A stretch of 64,000 nucleotides of DNA from Magallana gigas (Eukaryota): assembly GCF_963853765.1 (NCBI RefSeq), contig NC_088858.1, forward strand, positions 12,400,001 to 12,464,000, given 5' to 3'. Position 1 is the stretch's first letter. Each line of letters begins with the position of its first letter. Shown piece after piece: positions 60,582-64,000 of the stretch. The notes below the pieces were generated by a model. It was given only the letters and a program-made list of their open reading frames with translations, did not search any database and was not told the origin of the DNA. Made by a program: the position numbers and the translations under genes.

Positions 60582-63135
60582 ACCCCTCGTTTTACCCATT
60601 CAAAGAGTATGGACCAGTCATCACAAGAAACAAAAGCAGAACATTTAAACATGTGTAGTTTTCATCCCTTTGACACAGAGTAAGAGAGTAAGCTTGATGG
60701 TGAAAGTGTGGTAGTATGAGTTACTGATATGTGCAGGGATGTAACTCTTACAGTTTTGTTTCTCAATCTCATCTGTTATATTAAACTTCAGTGGTGCAAT
60801 GAACTTGAAACATAACGACAGAAACATCTTGACTATCATCAGGTTTTACTTGCAAGACGGTATTTTTTGCAGTAATGTTTCATTGTTTGGTTGATGATCT
60901 AATACATTTTGATAGTATGTATTTTCCAAACCCTTACTCTGTTTATTTCTTCTTCCTGTTTTTTTTAATCGAGCTCCACAAGTGTTGTATATGTGTAATT
61001 TATAAAAATAATGTGGCAATTCAAACATTGTTCATGCAAATTTTGAAATTAAATAGAAAAATCTGAACCAGTTTTTGATTTCATATTATTGTTGATACGA
61101 AAAATTTGTGCAACTTTCTTTCAGTCTTTTTTATTTTATATTTTAAAATATCAGACGATTTATGTACTTCTTTAAGAATAAAAATGATTGCTTATGTAAA
61201 TTATTGATTGAATATTAAAAGATTTTCATATTTTGAGTTGGTTATACATGTACAATAATTGCTTTAAGAACTTTTTTTTCTTAAATCTTAGAAAGTGTAC
61301 CATCACTGATAGACTTTGTTTTGGTGTAGGTATGCAAAAATATTTTTGATCAGAATAAATATGTTGAAGTTTTTGATAAGTTTTAATCAATCAATATACA
61401 CCATTTAGGTTGATAAAACTTTATTAGAAAGCAGAATTTATGTTTTTATTGGTAATTTGGCTGCATTTGAAAAATAGAAATGACACCATTTTTTCATATT
61501 TGAAATTTTCACATCTATAAATCATTGAATTTCTTGGACTATTGGAGAGTCATTAAGTAATTAATTGTAATTTTTCAAATTATGTGCTAAGAGGATCAAG
61601 CCTTTGTAATTCAACACTTTTGATATGTCTTAAATTATTACCAGTATTAAATTTATTAAAAGTAAACATGTTTTAACTGTCGAATACATGATTAATATAC
61701 TGTTCTGTGTGATAAAAAACTGTTTGAACCCCAAAACTCTCTCAACATTTGGACATGCTTCTCTTAAGTATTTATGTCTCACTCAAAGCATATTTGTGTC
61801 CCAAAGGTGAAGCCAAGAGAAGTCATATACAATGCAAATGGAGTCAGCGTACCATGTACATTGTAATTAACAACTAATAATCATAAATGTATACAACAGA
61901 CATGGACAATTCTGGTCCATTCTTATGGCTGATAATGAAGTTTTAAAATATCACACATTTTATTTCAAAATACATTTATTTTATTAAAATTACATTGTTT
62001 TACATATGTATACTTTGAATTGTTATGTGATGAATAAATGGAGAAAAAAAACTCATTGAACATGCTTATTTGTTGTGTCTTTTGAATGAATTTCGTAAAT
62101 AGTATGAGTAATCCCAACCAACCAGCTTATATTTGAAGTTATACTTTACTCATATTTGACTTAAAACCATTTGGTTGCGTTTGAAATCAAAATGAGCAGT
62201 TGTCTTCATTTCAAAGACAGCTAGAAAATGTTATCTACGAATACAAAAAGTATCCTGATTCAAATTGGCGTGTAATAATTACTGTTCACTAGAAACTGAC
62301 GTTGCTGTTTTCATATGGTGGTGTGTTTCAATTAAACTGCGCCTTTGTATCGACATAATGTTTAATTTGATTACTATATTTATAAATTAGCAGAAATTAT
62401 TTGATTATGAAAGACAGCATGATGAAAAAGAAGTGTATAATACGAATAGGCGAAATATAAGCAATGCAAAGAGGTTATGGTTTGCTACAATTAATTCAGT
62501 AAATATGAATAAAAGCCTCATGCAGTTGGATTTGAAATCGGAATCTGCGGTCCGTTGACTATTGAGTTATGATGATATTCAGTCAAATTCATTAATACAT
62601 ACAATTTCAAAAAACAAAACATTTTATTGGCTATCGATAAGCAAATGTGCCTCATTTATTTGCTGTGTATTTAATATTTTTGCATTTTAATACTTTAAAA
62701 AATGTACATGCTATTCGTGGTTTCAGTAAGAAACTTCTATATAATTTGAAATTAATATAGAGTTAGTAAACTAGTGACTAATTTGACCTTTTATTTATTT
62801 ATTGCTGGAATAAAACACCGCTTTAATAAGATTAACATCCGTCACTGTTATCCCACGTGCAAAGAATCTGAACAAGATTTGTTCAAACAACAGGTATATG
62901 TAGGATTAATTTTCTGGAAAAGTATCGTAGATGATCATATTCTTTTGTAAAGCCAAATTATGAAAACAATCTGGCAAACTTAATTTTTAACAACGTAACC
63001 AGTGTAATGGAGTCTCAATTCTGAGAATGACTGTGGTGCAAACCATTCAAAAATATACTAAATATTTCTCATCATTCAGTAAAAAAAAATCGTATCTATT
63101 TGCTCATTGAAGTGGGAGGATACGTATGGAGGGTA

Positions 63136-63327
63136 ATCGTGTTCAAAAATCCAGACATGTTAACTTGTAAATCCGAATATGTAATCGTGTTGGTGTGTGA
63201 GTCTGAGTATGGATATGTGTAATTCTGATCGTGTAACCTATAAAACTCAGGGATAAACACTTTAGAGTTGACCCCGCAGGCCTTCGATCTAATTTTTCCT
63301 ACAGATGCCAATTGCAGCTGTAAAATG
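63136..63327 (-). repeat. Dispersed ~190-bp repeat, copy 2
   Basis: Inverted match to 33,576-33,766. Confidence 0.85.
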
Positions 63328-64000
63328 CTGTTTGTTATTTACATGTAACCTGCCACTATAATACAAACTGTCCATCTGTAGTCTCTGCATTTGTATTTCC
63401 GTTTTCTGAAATATCACCGCTGACATAATGTAAAGTCTACAAGTTTGTCGAATTTTGACATGACCATATATGGAAACAGTGACGTCACCGATAGAAAAAA
63501 AGCTAGCTGCAGGTAAAGGCATGCCGCAATCGCCGGAATAGGGACGGAATAAATATATAATTTTTTTTAGGTATAATCATATTATCTCTGGATAACAACT
63601 TTTCTTCGAAAGTATTATTTTTTTGAAAGTTATCGATAAGAAAAACAAAGAATTTAAAGACATTGGTTTTGAGATTTTGATTAATATGAGACATGAGAAA
63701 CGACACCCCCTTAAAAAAATAAATAAAAATTCCAAAGATAAGGTTAACTGTCGTGAAATTAAAATGTGTATAAATTATTTTTAAAAATGTTTCATTTTGC
63801 ATTGTTGTGCAATGAATAGGGAAAAAAGCCTATCAAGCTTGTGAAAATTGGTATTTTTTAAAATTTCAAGCAATTATTACGGGATATAAGCATGACGTCC
63901 TGAATGTCGGTTCAATTCAGACTCACTTTGTGAAATTGGTTGATAAAAAATTTCCGGAGAGCTATTATAATACAGCTTTACAGCCACTTGTGAACATGTA

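Overview
AT-rich eukaryotic genomic DNA, most likely an oyster or other bivalve (inferred from repeat families and gene style; not verifiable here). From left to right: (1) 1-21.4 kb holds the 5' part of a large secreted protein gene on the minus strand. Its order is signal peptide, lectin-like (DUF3011/ADEL-like) exon, EGF, then near-identical ~3.98-kb genomic modules (7 exons, 534 aa: lectin-like, EGF, VWD, C8, TIL, TILa). Four modules are complete and a fifth runs off the left edge. Every module carries the same hAT MITE; one intron also carries a 2.36-kb CACAG-ended transposon. (2) 24,741-39,170 is a 14.4-kb block bounded by ~650-690-bp terminal inverted repeats and a perfect 9-bp target-site duplication (TGATCCACA). 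It splits an old RTE-type LINE relic in two. It contains an intact class A GPCR gene, an intact claudin/PMP22-like gene, a truncated L1/Tx1 LINE, a third copy of the inverted repeat and a palindromic ~330-bp array. This is the most striking structure: it looks like a Mutator/Foldback-type composite transposon carrying host genes. (3) 41.7-53.4 kb (minus) is cobalamin-dependent methionine synthase (MTR, 31 coding exons), head-to-head with (4) 54.5-60.6 kb (plus) syntaxin-5, which has long- and short-isoform ATGs and an overlapping uORF. Many MITEs and Helentron-like repeats are scattered throughout. All coordinates and exon models were derived by hand.
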